Assembly: GCA_964593255.1 (NCBI GenBank)
Contig: CAZQGX010000011.1
Location: 99 to 64,098 of the forward strand
DNA length: 64,000 bases
DNA from: an uncultured Flavobacteriaceae bacterium
GTDB taxonomy: Bacteria > Bacteroidota > Bacteroidia > Flavobacteriales > Flavobacteriaceae
Direction of reading: 5' to 3'
Position 1 is the stretch's first letter. Each line of letters starts with the position of its first letter. The notes beneath the pieces are model-generated. The model worked only from the letters and a program-made list of their open reading frames with translations. It was not told the DNA's origin and did not search any database. The position numbers and the translations under genes were made by a program. Below, in pieces: positions 9,026 to 18,817 of this stretch.

Positions 9026-9937
9026 ATGTCTATAGAAGTAAAAAATATATCAAAATATTACGGTCAACAAAAGGCGCTAGATAACGTAAGTTTTTCTATC
9101 AAACCTGGTGAGATTGTTGGATTTTTAGGTCCTAACGGTGCGGGAAAATCAACGCTTATGCGCATTTTAACCACCTATCTTAATGCAAATGAAGGTAGTG
9201 CCAGTGTCAATGGTCACGATGTCACCAGCGCGCAACGCGAGGTGCAAAAATCAATAGGTTACTTACCAGAAAGCAACCCGCTGTATCCAGATATGTATGT
9301 GAAAGAATACCTCTCTTTTAGTGCGGCTATTTATAATTTATTAAATGCGCAACAACGTATAGAAGAGGTGGTAGAAGAAACTGGGCTTGCCTCGCACATG
9401 GGTAAAAAAATTAGCGAACTTTCAAAAGGCTATAAACAGCGGGTGGGACTAGCAAATGCCCTGTTACACAAACCGAAAGTACTTATTCTAGACGAACCGA
9501 CAACTGGTCTAGACCCAAACCAACTGGTAGAAATACGCCAACTGATTAGAAAGGTAGGAAATTATACGACCATTTTACTTTCTACCCATATCATGCAAGA
9601 AGTAGAAGCAATGTGCGATCGGGTGATTATTATTAATAAAGGTAAAATTGTTGCCGATGATTATCTGGCCAACTTAAAAAGTGATGCTGCCCAAGTCATC
9701 GAGGTAGAATTTGATTACAAAGTAGAACCAGAATTATTGCAACAAATCAATAAAGTTAGAGAGGTAACTGATCTTATTTCTAAACAGGGTTTTGTTTACA
9801 GTTTAAAATTTGAAACAAAGGAAGATATGCGCAGTGCAGTTTTTGATTTTGCTCATGATAACGAGCTAAAAATACTTGCCCTAAATAAAAGAAATAAAAA
9901 TCTTGAGACCATGTTTCAAGAATTAACGGGGGAATAG
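9026..9937 (+). CDS. gldA: ABC transporter ATP-binding protein, gliding-motility GldA-like
   Basis: Walker A GPNGAGKST, signature LSKGYKQR, Walker B LILDEPT. The N-terminus MSIEV.NISK.YG.QKAL resembles Flavobacterium GldA, from memory. Confidence 0.7.
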   Translation: MSIEVKNISKYYGQQKALDNVSFSIKPGEIVGFLGPNGAGKSTLMRILTTYLNANEGSASVNGHDVTSAQREVQKSIGYLPESNPLYPDMYVKEYLSFSAAIYNLLNAQQRIEEVVEETGLASHMGKKISELSKGYKQRVGLANALLHKPKVLILDEPTTGLDPNQLVEIRQLIRKVGNYTTILLSTHIMQEVEAMCDRVIIINKGKIVADDYLANLKSDAAQVIEVEFDYKVEPELLQQINKVREVTDLISKQGFVYSLKFETKEDMRSAVFDFAHDNELKILALNKRNKNLETMFQELTGE

Positions 9938-10035
9938 TTTTTGTGTTACTAAATGCGTTTGAAAGGTTTTAACTAGCTGTTTTTTATTCAAATTTCAGGT
10001 GATTCAAAATAAGCATCAATGATGTCAAATCTTAT

Positions 10036-10746
10036 CTACCAGCACTTTCTTAAATAATAGGTATGAATTTCTCGCATACTGGCGCCCCTGTACTTTTTCC
10101 AGTAAATAACCAGATAAAACCATTGCAATTTAAAGACGCCTTTTTCATGATAACGTCTGGCACTGGTTGTTAACCATTTTTGAATCACATGGTAATGGCC
10201 TTTTTTATATAGTCTTGCAATAAGATCATAATCTTCATAAAAGGGATATTGTGTGTTATAACCGCCTATTTGATGGTATAATTTTTTGGTAATGTATTGC
10301 GACTGATCACCGCCACGGCTTATTTTCCAAGAAAACTGAGTAAACCACCCCATAAGCAACAGCCATGGATGTTTGCTTCTAAACTTCATTTTAAAACATC
10401 CTGCTAGGTGTCCTTTTTTAGTATCATCGGTAATATACTGGTCAAAATTTTTAGGCGGGTAAGAATCTGCATGTAAAAAATAATAAATCTCGCCTTTGGC
10501 AACACTGGCGCCATGGTGTAATTGTACAGCGCGACCCTTGTTACTGTTTTCTAATCGTAGATTAAGTTGGCTAGTCGTTGTATAAGTTCTTACTTTTTCT
10601 AAAGTAGCATCGGTACTCTTACCGTCTACAATGATGATTTCGGTTTGGTCAGTCCTGCTAATTGTCTCGTGTAGATGATTAAGCAAGTCAATGATGGTCG
10701 CTTCTTCATTAAAAACAGGAATAATAATACTCAGGATCATGATCAA
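10036..10746 (-). CDS. Family 2 glycosyltransferase (TIGR04283-like)
   Basis: LSIIIPVFNEE start and the DGKSTD motif. It is near a DUF2064 gene, a pairing I recall for TIGR04282/TIGR04283. Confidence 0.7.
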   Translation of the reverse strand: MIMILSIIIPVFNEEATIIDLLNHLHETISRTDQTEIIIVDGKSTDATLEKVRTYTTTSQLNLRLENSNKGRAVQLHHGASVAKGEIYYFLHADSYPPKNFDQYITDDTKKGHLAGCFKMKFRSKHPWLLLMGWFTQFSWKISRGGDQSQYITKKLYHQIGGYNTQYPFYEDYDLIARLYKKGHYHVIQKWLTTSARRYHEKGVFKLQWFYLVIYWKKYRGASMREIHTYYLRKCW

Positions 10747-10860
10747 ATATACGAGTAGTGCCTAATTTTAGTTCTAATATATGGCTGCCATTATAAGGTT
10801 TTCTTTTTGAATTACTTTCATAGCTATATTTTCATTTTTAGGGTTTTTATATCTCGTTTT

Positions 10861-10892
10861 CATTGTTATGCTTTCACAAAAGCATGACAATG
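10861..10892. repeat. Degenerate variant of the palindromic element
   Basis: CATTGTTATGCTTTCACAAAAGCATGACAATG, an imperfect palindrome with a related core (GCTTTC.C.AAAGC). Confidence 0.5.
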
Positions 10893-11234
10893 AAGTTTAT
10901 GCAGTTGCAAAGTTGCACAAAAGCATCTAATGAAATTAATGCTTTTGCAGAAGACCAGAAAAGTAAATAATACAGATATCCATTAATTTTTGTTAGATGA
11001 ACGCTGAAAAATCATTCTTAAGATATCATAAATGCTTGTGACGGTAAACCTCGATGAACACCTTGATTTAATAAAATTCATCTTTTAGGGTCTAGTAGTC
11101 TTCAGTTTTTACTTTTATTTTTACTCGAGATAGTTGACAATTAAAAATTTTAAACCACTTCAAGTCTATATTCTGTACTCCAAAAGCTAGGCGGTTTTAT
11201 TCTTTGCCCGACAAAACAAATATCAATTAAACAC

Positions 11235-12053
11235 CTACAGCAACTCAATCAAACCTTTAAATAAAGCAACCATTTTGGGCTCGGCTTTTCCCGCTACAGC
11301 GATAATATCGGCTATATCAACAGGGGCAAGGTCGTCTGGATCACACTCGTCGGTAAGTACAGATACTGCACAAACGGGTAGTTTTAAATGATTAGCAACA
11401 ATTATCTCTGGTACGGTACTCATACCCACAGCATCGGCTCCTAGAATGTGTAGCATCCTGTATTCTGCCTTGGTTTCTAGTTGCGGTCCTACCACACTGG
11501 CATAAACTCCTTTTTTAAGGCTGATGTTGTGCGTGGCAGCAAGCGACATAAGGTGCTCATTCATGTGCTGGTCATATGGGGCGCTCATATCTGTAAATCT
11601 ATCGCCAAAATCGCCCACCCCTTTAAAAGCTAGTGGGCTGCCACCTTGCAAATTGATATGGTCGTCGATCAACATCAGGTCTCCTTTTTTCATGTCTTTA
11701 TTAATCGCACCAGCGGCATTAGATACCAGTAAATGTTTAATGCCTAGACCGTGCATGACCCGCACAGGATAGGTAACATCTATCAAATCATACCCCTCAT
11801 ATAAATGAAATCTACCCTGCATGACCACCACTTTTTTACCACCTAGGTTGCCATAAATAAGCTTACCTGTATGAAATTCTACCGTTGCCAGTGGGAAAGA
11901 TGGGATTTGATTGTAGTGCGCAATTTTTTGCTGTTCTATATGATCAACTAGTTGGCCTAGACCAGTGCCTAGAACGATGCCTACTTCAGGCGCATCAAAA
12001 CCTTGAGACTGTAGATATTTTATTGATTTTTCTAATTGTTTTTTACTGAGCAT
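11235..12053 (-). CDS. Purine nucleoside phosphorylase (PNP/MTAP family)
   Basis: VGIVLGTGLG, GRFHLYEGY and GMSTVPE motifs. Confidence 0.85.
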   Translation of the reverse strand: MLSKKQLEKSIKYLQSQGFDAPEVGIVLGTGLGQLVDHIEQQKIAHYNQIPSFPLATVEFHTGKLIYGNLGGKKVVVMQGRFHLYEGYDLIDVTYPVRVMHGLGIKHLLVSNAAGAINKDMKKGDLMLIDDHINLQGGSPLAFKGVGDFGDRFTDMSAPYDQHMNEHLMSLAATHNISLKKGVYASVVGPQLETKAEYRMLHILGADAVGMSTVPEIIVANHLKLPVCAVSVLTDECDPDDLAPVDIADIIAVAGKAEPKMVALFKGLIELL

Positions 12054-12672
12054 TTTTTAAGTGTTTTAAAAAGGGTTGAAATACAGGAATATCTTTAATA
12101 TCTTCATACACATCTACATCATTGCGTTCTTTAAGCAAGGCATAATTGACGTTTACAAGATCGGCCAGGGTATCTTTTAATACAGATGGCGTACCCCATT
12201 CTTTGTTATCAAAGATACCACCTACCAGGCGTTTTTTAAAACCTATCAAATAATAACCACCGTCTTCTGCTGGGCCTATTACCGCATCATGTTTTTCTAA
12301 TTGGTAGAACGCCTCCTCAATATCTACTTGTAACATGTCGTACATATCAGACCCTATGATAATAACAAGATTATGATTTTGAAAAGCTGTATTAAAAGCA
12401 TGTTTCATGCGCATACCTAAATCTTTACCATTTTGCACCTGTTTTTGATAAACAGTTTTATTCCATGAATCATTTTCATGAACTTTCTCACTGTACCAAA
12501 CTTGTTTATTTACTTTAAGGTCCATAGTAATCGACCGAGTATGATTTAATAAAAAGCAGTAAATATCTAGTGCCGCCTGATCTCCTACGGTTGCGGCAAG
12601 TCTTCGTTTTCCTTTTCCTAACTCGGGGTTACGGGTAAAAATGATAAGGCAATTTTTATTTTTTGAAATCAC
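12043..12672 (-). CDS. DUF2064 / TIGR04282-family nucleotidyltransferase-like protein
   Basis: The LIIFTRNPELGKGKRRLA N-terminus and DGGYYLIG motif are typical of DUF2064. Confidence 0.65.
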   Translation of the reverse strand: MISKNKNCLIIFTRNPELGKGKRRLAATVGDQAALDIYCFLLNHTRSITMDLKVNKQVWYSEKVHENDSWNKTVYQKQVQNGKDLGMRMKHAFNTAFQNHNLVIIIGSDMYDMLQVDIEEAFYQLEKHDAVIGPAEDGGYYLIGFKKRLVGGIFDNKEWGTPSVLKDTLADLVNVNYALLKERNDVDVYEDIKDIPVFQPFLKHLKNAQ

Positions 12673-12915
12673 TAAAGTATGGGGTTGTAATTGATAAGAA
12701 GGGTTTTAAATACTAGTTGCTATTTGAGAAGCTGATAGTAATGTCGTGAAAAAACGAATAGCATTATGTAAGCTTGCCTATTTTAAAACAAAACTAAGGT
12801 AATTTGTTAGATTACAAATCTGCTATTGTTTTTATCATATAAGTTTGCTCTCAACCTTATCTACTTTTCACCCAAAAATTTGAGAAATAAGTAATTGGGT
12901 TTCATGAAATAATCG

Positions 12916-12923
12916 TATTTTTG
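12916..12923 (+). promoter_or_regulatory. Bacteroidetes -7 box (TAnnTTTG) for rpsO
   Basis: TATTTTTG, 80 nt upstream of the rpsO ATG. Confidence 0.5.
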
Positions 12924-13002
12924 CAACCGCTTTGAGAGTAGATCTTACGGCAACGTCAGATCGACTGACATACATAATATTCATTATATAATTAATTTTG
13001 GC

Positions 13003-13272
13003 ATGTATTTAGCACCAGAAAAAAAAGCAGAAATTTTCGCAAAGTACGGAAAAGATGCAAACGACACGGGTAACACCGACGCGCAAATCGCATTGTTTAC
13101 CATGCGTATCAATCACTTAACACTTCACTTAAAACAAAATCGTCACGACTACAATACAGAGCGTAGTCTTGTAAAACTTGTAGGTAAAAGACGTTCTCTT
13201 TTAGATTACAAGATGAAAAAAGATATTGTTGCTTACCGTGAATTGATCAAGGATTTAGGTATCAGAAAATAA
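13003..13272 (+). CDS. rpsO: 30S ribosomal protein S15
   Basis: 89 aa. GNTDAQIALFTMRINHLTLHLKQNRHDYNTERSL is the S15 signature region. Confidence 0.95.
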   Translation: MYLAPEKKAEIFAKYGKDANDTGNTDAQIALFTMRINHLTLHLKQNRHDYNTERSLVKLVGKRRSLLDYKMKKDIVAYRELIKDLGIRK

Positions 13273-13275
13273 TTA

Positions 13276-13307
13276 AATTGGGGACCTTGTGTCCCCAATT
13301 GGTTTTT
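13276..13307 (+). terminator. Intrinsic terminator after rpsO
   Basis: AATTGGGGAC-CTTGT-GTCCCCAATT followed by GGTTTTT. Confidence 0.8.
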
Positions 13308-13461
13308 GCGCAGCAGGTATCGCATCGCATGCGATATTCACCCAGGGTTGTGTTACATCGCATTTGTTATTGAATTGAATACAATTTGATTGTATCCGAC
13401 ACCGCAGACTACAAAAGCCCTTTGCAATGATGTATTTCATGGCAGGATTTATATGTTATTC

Positions 13462-13477
13462 CGCTTTCGCGAAAGCA
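13462..13477. repeat. Palindromic element, 15/16
   Basis: CGCTTTCGCGAAAGCA in the rpsO-pnp intergenic region. Confidence 0.9.
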
Positions 13478-13677
13478 GAATTAAAACCAATTATCGCAAC
13501 ACAGTACCAACACCGTACTGCAAAATAAAGCTGGTTTTTCATAAAGTAGCAAATTCGGTTTTTACTTTTTTATTGAACAATAAATACACTTCAAAGTTCA
13601 CTTTTCTAGTTTAAATTTGAATTGATTAACGCCTTCTCTACCACACACAACTTGAGATTAACGTTTAATATTCAATT

Positions 13678-15906
13678 ATGAAACCACAAGTTTTTAAACA
13701 GGTGATTAAAATGGCCAACGGGCCAGACATCACTATCGAAACTGGAGCGCTTGCAAAACAAGCACATGGATCTGTCGTAGTAACCTGCGGTAAGGCTATG
13801 CTTCTAGGAACTGTAGTGTCCAGCTACAAATCTACTGGACTAGACTTCTTACCTCTAACGGTAGACTACCGCGAGAAATTTGCCGCTGCCGGTAAATATC
13901 CTGGAGGTTTTTTTAAACGCGAGGCACGCCCTAATGACGGCGAGGTGCTTACCATGCGTCTTGTAGACCGTGTTCTACGTCCTCTTTTCCCTAAAGATTA
14001 CCATGCCGAGGTTCAGGTAATGATACAGCTTATGTCTCATGACGAGGACGTAATGCCCGACGCTATGGCTGGTCTTGCAGCGAGTGCATGTTTACAACTG
14101 TCTGACATACCATTTGAATGCCCTATTTCTGAAGTGCGCGTTGCACGTGTAGATGGCCAGTTTGTTATCAACCCAAGTTATGCACAACTAGAAGTTGCCG
14201 ACCTAGACATGATGATAGGCGCAAGTGCAGACAGCGTGATGATGGTAGAAGGTGAGATGCATGAAATATCTGAAAAAGATATGATCGCCGCAATAAAAGC
14301 TGCACATGACGCAATTAAAGACCAGTGTGCGGCGCAGGTTGCACTAGCCGAAGCAGTAGGCAAAAAAGAAGTACGCGAGTACGAAGGCGAGCGCGAGGAT
14401 GCTACCATCGAAGCTAAAGTTGCTGAGCTTGCTTATCAAAAAGTATACGACATCGCTAAAAAAGGAAGTGCCAAGCATGAGCGTAGCGCAGCCTTCAGCG
14501 AGGTGAAGGATGAAGTAAAAGCTACCTTCTCAGAAGAAGACCAGGCTGACAATGCAGACCTTATCTCTAAATACTTTTCAAAAACCCATAAAAAAGCAGT
14601 ACGCGATGTATTGCTTAAAGAAGGTGTGCGTTTAGATGGTCGTAAGACTACAGACATACGCGATATATGGTGTGAGGTAGATTACTTACCATCTACACAC
14701 GGTAGTGCTATTTTCTCACGTGGTGAAACACAAGCGCTTGCAACTGTAACACTAGGAACATCTCGTGATGCAAACATTATAGACATGGCAAGTGCCGAAG
14801 GTGAAGAGCGTTTTTACCTACACTACAACTTCCCACCATTCTCAACCGGTGAGGCGCGTCCACTTCGTGGAACTTCTCGTCGCGAAGTAGGACATGGTAA
14901 CCTTGCACAACGTGCATTGAAAAACATGTTACCAGCAGATTTGCCTTATACGGTACGTATCGTGTCTGAAGTACTGGAATCTAACGGTTCTTCTTCTATG
15001 GCAACGGTTTGTGCAGGAACTATGGCACTGATGGACGCAGGTCTTCCTATGAAGAAACCAGTATCTGGTATCGCTATGGGATTGATTACTGAAGGTGATA
15101 ACTACGCCGTTCTTTCAGACATTCTGGGTGATGAAGACCACTTAGGAGATATGGACTTTAAAGTTACGGGAACTGCAGACGGTATTACCGCTTGCCAAAT
15201 GGACATTAAAGTAAAAGGACTTTCTTACGAGATTCTGACAAACGCATTGATGCAAGCTCGTGACGGCCGTTTACACATTCTTAAAACACTTACCGACACT
15301 ATTCCAGCTCCAAATGCAGATGTGAAACCACATGCGCCTAAAATGGAGTCTATGGAAATAGAAGGCAAGTACATAGGTGCGGTAATAGGACCTGGTGGAA
15401 AAGTGATTCAAGAAATGCAAAAAGAAACAGATACCGTAATCAACATCAAGGAAGAAGGCGATATGGGTATTATAGAAATTGCAGGAACTGACCGCAATAA
15501 GATCAATGCAGCGTTAGAAAAAATCGCCAACATTATTTTTGAACCTAATGTAGGTGAGGTTTACAGCGTTAAAGTTGTTAAGATGTTGGAATTTGGCGCT
15601 GTGGTAGAATTTAGACCAGGTAAAGAAACATTACTGCACGTAAGCGAGTTTGATTACAAACGCATTGAAGACCCAAGTACGGTTCTTAAAGTTGGCGACG
15701 TTCTAGACGTTAAATACATGGGTGTTGACCCACGTACTAAGAAGCAAAAAGTTTCTCGTAAAGAGTGTATGCCTAAGCCCGAAGGTTGGGTAGAGCGTCC
15801 ACCACGCCAGCGTGACGATAAACGCAGCGGTGGTCGCGATGACCGTCGTGGTGGTGACCGTCGTCGCGATGACCGCAAGCCACGTCGTGATAACGATAGT
15901 GAATAA
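13678..15906 (+). CDS. pnp: Polyribonucleotide nucleotidyltransferase (PNPase)
   Basis: Two RNase PH domains, KH (IGPGGKVI) and S1 ([20 protein letters not shown]), plus an Arg/Asp-rich tail. Confidence 0.95.
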   Translation: MKPQVFKQVIKMANGPDITIETGALAKQAHGSVVVTCGKAMLLGTVVSSYKSTGLDFLPLTVDYREKFAAAGKYPGGFFKREARPNDGEVLTMRLVDRVLRPLFPKDYHAEVQVMIQLMSHDEDVMPDAMAGLAASACLQLSDIPFECPISEVRVARVDGQFVINPSYAQLEVADLDMMIGASADSVMMVEGEMHEISEKDMIAAIKAAHDAIKDQCAAQVALAEAVGKKEVREYEGEREDATIEAKVAELAYQKVYDIAKKGSAKHERSAAFSEVKDEVKATFSEEDQADNADLISKYFSKTHKKAVRDVLLKEGVRLDGRKTTDIRDIWCEVDYLPSTHGSAIFSRGETQALATVTLGTSRDANIIDMASAEGEERFYLHYNFPPFSTGEARPLRGTSRREVGHGNLAQRALKNMLPADLPYTVRIVSEVLESNGSSSMATVCAGTMALMDAGLPMKKPVSGIAMGLITEGDNYAVLSDILGDEDHLGDMDFKVTGTADGITACQMDIKVKGLSYEILTNALMQARDGRLHILKTLTDTIPAPNADVKPHAPKMESMEIEGKYIGAVIGPGGKVIQEMQKETDTVINIKEEGDMGIIEIAGTDRNKINAALEKIANIIFEPNVGEVYSVKVVKMLEFGAVVEFRPGKETLLHVSEFDYKRIEDPSTVLKVGDVLDVKYMGVDPRTKKQKVSRKECMPKPEGWVERPPRQRDDKRSGGRDDRRGGDRRRDDRKPRRDNDSE

Positions 15907-15926
15907 ACGACCGTTTTTATAAATAT

Positions 15927-15963
15927 AAAATGCCCCTTGAGATTTCAAGGGGCATTTTTTTTT
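15927..15963 (+). terminator. Intrinsic terminator after pnp (member of a repeated terminator family)
   Basis: ATGCCCCTT-GAGATTTC-AAGGGGCAT followed by T10. Confidence 0.85.
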
Positions 15964-15976
15964 GTTTGTGTTATTT

Positions 15977-15992
15977 CGCTTTCGCGAAAGTT
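15977..15992. repeat. Palindromic element, 14/16, fused to the pnp terminator
   Basis: CGCTTTCGCGAAAGTT. Confidence 0.85.
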
Positions 15993-16121
15993 TAAAAGGT
16001 AGTATCTTATATGTAGTCAATTTTATTTGTATGGCAAATCACATAAAGTTAGAATAAACGCGCCTTTCTCGCCAGAAACCTTTTCATTTTTAAAACGAGC
16101 CTTACCATTTGGTTTCAGACC

Positions 16122-16337
16122 TCAATTTTCATTTAAATCTGTCCAAATTCTGATGAAATAAATTCCGTCAGTTTTGGAAAAATAGCTCTGAAATCTTTGC
16201 CAGTTCTGTTCTATTTCACCCTTTTCCATGTCGGTATTCCAAAATGATACTACAACATGGTCAGCGTTTTCTAGGCCAGTATTTTGGGGCAGATTAAATT
16301 TCTCTTTCAAAAACTTGAAGTTCGCATACGTACTCAA
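16122..16337 (-). CDS. Hypothetical protein, possibly the 3' part of a decayed gene
   Basis: 71-aa ORF. The same frame continues upstream to about 16440 across a single in-frame TAG. Confidence 0.3.
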   Translation of the reverse strand: MSTYANFKFLKEKFNLPQNTGLENADHVVVSFWNTDMEKGEIEQNWQRFQSYFSKTDGIYFIRIWTDLNEN

Positions 16338-16462
16338 ACTGTCTGTAGCTTGCTCACAGGATTTGAATACACCACTAATTGTTTTTGCCTCTAACTAGTT
16401 TAAGGCAGTTTGCGTACAGGCCTCATCACCTTCAAAACAGAGCGGCTCCTTATTTTTATTAA

Positions 16463-16726
16463 TTACGTAATTTTTTGCATTATTGACTCATAGACCATCA
16501 TTTTAATCTCATCTTCCGACGGAACTCCGGTAGGCAGAACATCAATAATATTGGGGGCGGCTGGCAATGTATTTATGTGCAGTTTAATGTCTTCTTGGTT
16601 ATACACCTCTAACGCTGGAATTCCCATAACCATTTTCATGACACTACCGCAGGAAACCATAAGAAGTAGAAAGACTACTGCTACGATTTTTAAAGATATT
16701 CTAGAAATAGTAAATTTGATATCCAT
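16463..16726 (-). CDS. Small putative lipoprotein
   Basis: Hydrophobic signal ending LLLMVSCGS. Confidence 0.4.
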   Translation of the reverse strand: MDIKFTISRISLKIVAVVFLLLMVSCGSVMKMVMGIPALEVYNQEDIKLHINTLPAAPNIIDVLPTGVPSEDEIKMMVYESIMQKIT

Positions 16727-16800
16727 GTCCTCTTAATATTAATACGAAAAATTTTGGAATTCAAATTTACTTCAAACATTGCTATTATCACTTCATGTTA

Positions 16801-16836
16801 AAATGCCCCTTGAAATTTCAAGAGGCATTTTTTTGC
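16801..16836. terminator. Hairpin terminator, same family as the pnp terminator
   Basis: AAATGCCCCTTGAAATTTCAAGAGGCATTTTTTT, about 100 nt downstream of the minus-strand lipoprotein gene. A/T runs on both sides. Confidence 0.6.
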
Positions 16837-16941
16837 TTTAATAATCCTTTTCCCTTTTTTTACAAAATTTCATTAGGAAATGAACTATGATAGACCCAAC
16901 TAGAACGGGAATTATAAAAGACAAAAACAATTCCATATCTA

Positions 16942-17787
16942 CTACCATTTAGACATCCAGCGACCAATTCGTCCCAAGGCACCCGTAGAACCCATTATTG
17001 CGGTCGTTAATCCAGAAGCTGCTACAATTCGCCAATTAATGCCGCCACCGGAACCTAAATAATGCTGATATCCTACAGATAATCCAGCTCCTATGATAGC
17101 ACCGGCAATATCTGCGCAAATCCATGGCGCTAGCTTTTGTTGCTCATTCGCCTCTAAACTATTAGCAGCCCACCATTCTAAGGAATTAATACTAATGTCC
17201 AGAATAATAAAGGAATAGTCAGTCCCCGCATGTGAGGTATTTTGACTTATATCCCATTGTGATTTCAAATCTAAAAGATTTTGATAAACCGCTTGATTTG
17301 AAAGTGAATTTGACAAATTCAACCGTATATCGGCAATTATGGAATTTACTATCAATTGATCTCTTTCACTAATAAGTCCTTCTGTTTTATATAATTCATT
17401 TAACTCCTCTAACTGATAAATACGGTTATTAAGTTCAACACCTTCATTTAAAGCCTTTTTTACGTTTGTAATGTCGTATAAATCAGTGTTTTCAGCTAGA
17501 AATAATTGTGCTGTTTCTAAATCATAAAGTAAGGAAGAATTAGAACTAAAATGTTGGGATTGAAAAGCAGCTAGAGATTGAAGTGCTTGTTCTTCAGAAT
17601 TATACTCTGAGGAATAAGCGAAATTTCTCATGGTATGAGTGAGAAAGTCGTTATGAATCATTCCTAAAGATGTATTTTGGTTGTTAGAACTTTTCACTTG
17701 TGTTAATTCATCTTCTTCACTACAAGAATTAAACACTAAACAAAGTCCAAAAAGGACAAACGACACCAATTTCATTTTTGTTTTCAT
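16942..17787 (-). CDS. Cassette 1 lipoprotein with a glycine-zipper C-terminus
   Basis: Signal and lipobox MKTKMKLVSFVLFGLCLVFNSC. Helical Asn/Leu-rich middle. C-terminus ICADIAGAIIGAGLSVG...GSGGGINWRIVAASGLTTAIMGSTGALGRIG. Confidence 0.7.
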   Translation of the reverse strand: MKTKMKLVSFVLFGLCLVFNSCSEEDELTQVKSSNNQNTSLGMIHNDFLTHTMRNFAYSSEYNSEEQALQSLAAFQSQHFSSNSSLLYDLETAQLFLAENTDLYDITNVKKALNEGVELNNRIYQLEELNELYKTEGLISERDQLIVNSIIADIRLNLSNSLSNQAVYQNLLDLKSQWDISQNTSHAGTDYSFIILDISINSLEWWAANSLEANEQQKLAPWICADIAGAIIGAGLSVGYQHYLGSGGGINWRIVAASGLTTAIMGSTGALGRIGRWMSKW

Positions 17788-17853
17788 GATTTTTATATTT
17801 TAAAAGTTATGATGCAAAAATATTGTAGCTATTTTGTTTTTTATGCGCCAAAT

Positions 17854-17870
17854 TTTACTAATTTAGTAAA
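17854..17870. promoter_or_regulatory. Perfect 17-bp palindrome TTTACTAATTTAGTAAA, candidate XRE operator (cassette 1)
   Basis: Lies in the 114-nt divergent intergenic region. An extra TTACTAA half-site is at 17874-17880. Confidence 0.55.
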
Positions 17871-17901
17871 TTCTTACTAAAAACGCATAAACTTTATACT
17901 T

Positions 17902-18288
17902 ATGATTGCTGCAAAACATCTAAAAGACCTGCGTTTAAAAAATAACTATACCCAAGAACATCTTGCCACAAAGCTAGGTATTTCTCAAAAAACCTATTCA
18001 AATCTTGAAAGTGGTACAGGAAAAATAACCCTGGAGCATTTATTAAAAATTGCAGCGGTTTATGCAATGCCGGTTGTACCCTTAACAGCATTGCTCACAA
18101 ACACGAGCCCAGAGTTCATGACCGCACTTGAAGAAGAAAACAAGGAAAGTACGGCTTACGAATTGTACCATGGTGTAAATGCAAACCTTACCCTAGAGTT
18201 ACTTACATCTTATAAAGCGCAAATAGACCAGCTAACTAAATTGAATGCAGTTTTAGAGGAACGCCTGCGTGTTCTATCCAGAGTGTAG
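17902..18288 (+). CDS. XRE-family helix-turn-helix transcriptional regulator (cassette 1)
   Basis: LKDLRLKNNYTQEHLATKLGISQKTYSNLESG is a canonical Cro/C1-type HTH. C-terminal coiled-coil-like tail. Confidence 0.85.
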   Translation: MIAAKHLKDLRLKNNYTQEHLATKLGISQKTYSNLESGTGKITLEHLLKIAAVYAMPVVPLTALLTNTSPEFMTALEEENKESTAYELYHGVNANLTLELLTSYKAQIDQLTKLNAVLEERLRVLSRV

Positions 18289-18304
18289 CATTGATAATGA
18301 TATT

Positions 18305-18340
18305 AAAATGCTCCTTGAAATTTCATGGGGCATTTTTTTG
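18305..18340 (+). terminator. Terminator after XRE-1, same family as the pnp terminator
   Basis: AAAATGCTCCTTGAAATTTCATGGGGCATTTTTTT. Confidence 0.75.
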
Positions 18341-18352
18341 TTTGTGTAATTT

Positions 18353-18368
18353 CGCTTTTGCGAAAGTT
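18353..18368. repeat. Palindromic element, 13/16, fused to the XRE-1 terminator
   Basis: CGCTTTTGCGAAAGTT. Confidence 0.7.
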
Positions 18369-18404
18369 TGGAAAACCACAATTCATAAGAATGGACTAAG
18401 ATTA

Positions 18405-18566
18405 TTAAATATTCTTACTATATGCGCCCTTTTTAAAGTTGTAGGTTACACCTAAAATATAGAAAATTAAAAACCCTAACCACCAATAAATGTACGGTTC
18501 ATTGTGCATGAAAATTAACAATGCAATGGGATATAAATAGATTCTGTAAGGTATTTTAAAAAGCAT
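18405..18566 (-). CDS. Small membrane protein (orphan immunity candidate)
   Basis: Start trimmed to the internal Met (MLFKIPYRIYLYPIALLIF...). Two hydrophobic segments. Confidence 0.4.
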   Translation of the reverse strand: MLFKIPYRIYLYPIALLIFMHNEPYIYWWLGFLIFYILGVTYNFKKGAYSKNI

Positions 18567-18567
18567 T

Positions 18568-18774
18568 TTAATTATGGTAAAAATGATTATATAGTATCCA
18601 TGTGTTGCGGTAAGCGAAAAACCCACCGAGACCTAATGCAACAAAGACAAGTAATACATAGCCCGCGCCTACTTTTTTGTCTGATAAAATCGCCTTAATT
18701 ATTTTTATAAAACCCACTATACCGTAATAAAGATAGTACAACGCAAGCAGCATTCCTAAAATACGTAAAAACAT
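18568..18774 (-). CDS. Small membrane protein (orphan immunity candidate)
   Basis: MFLRILGMLLALYYLYYGIVGF...GYVLLVFVALGLGGFFAY, two TM segments. An alternative TTG start is at 18783. Confidence 0.45.
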   Translation of the reverse strand: MFLRILGMLLALYYLYYGIVGFIKIIKAILSDKKVGAGYVLLVFVALGLGGFFAYRNTWILYNHFYHN

Positions 18775-18817
18775 AACATTCAATTTACCATAAAGACCAA
18801 ACTAATATCGTATTTGA

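Noticed and set aside
13390-13614. 74-aa ORF in the rpsO-pnp spacer. Similar ORFs are at 26920-27135, 43018-43302, 49235-49417 and 15703-16020.
   Set aside because: Each runs through a copy of the CGCTTTCGCGAAAGCG palindrome (giving ..RFRES..) in otherwise AT-rich intergenic DNA. They have no coding-like composition or recognisable domains and are treated as artefacts of the repeat.
17900-18091. 63-aa ORFs antisense to both XRE genes (17900-18091 and 20413-20604), conserved between the copies.
   Set aside because: The conservation is explained by the duplication of the XRE genes themselves. The sense-strand HTH protein is clearly the real product.
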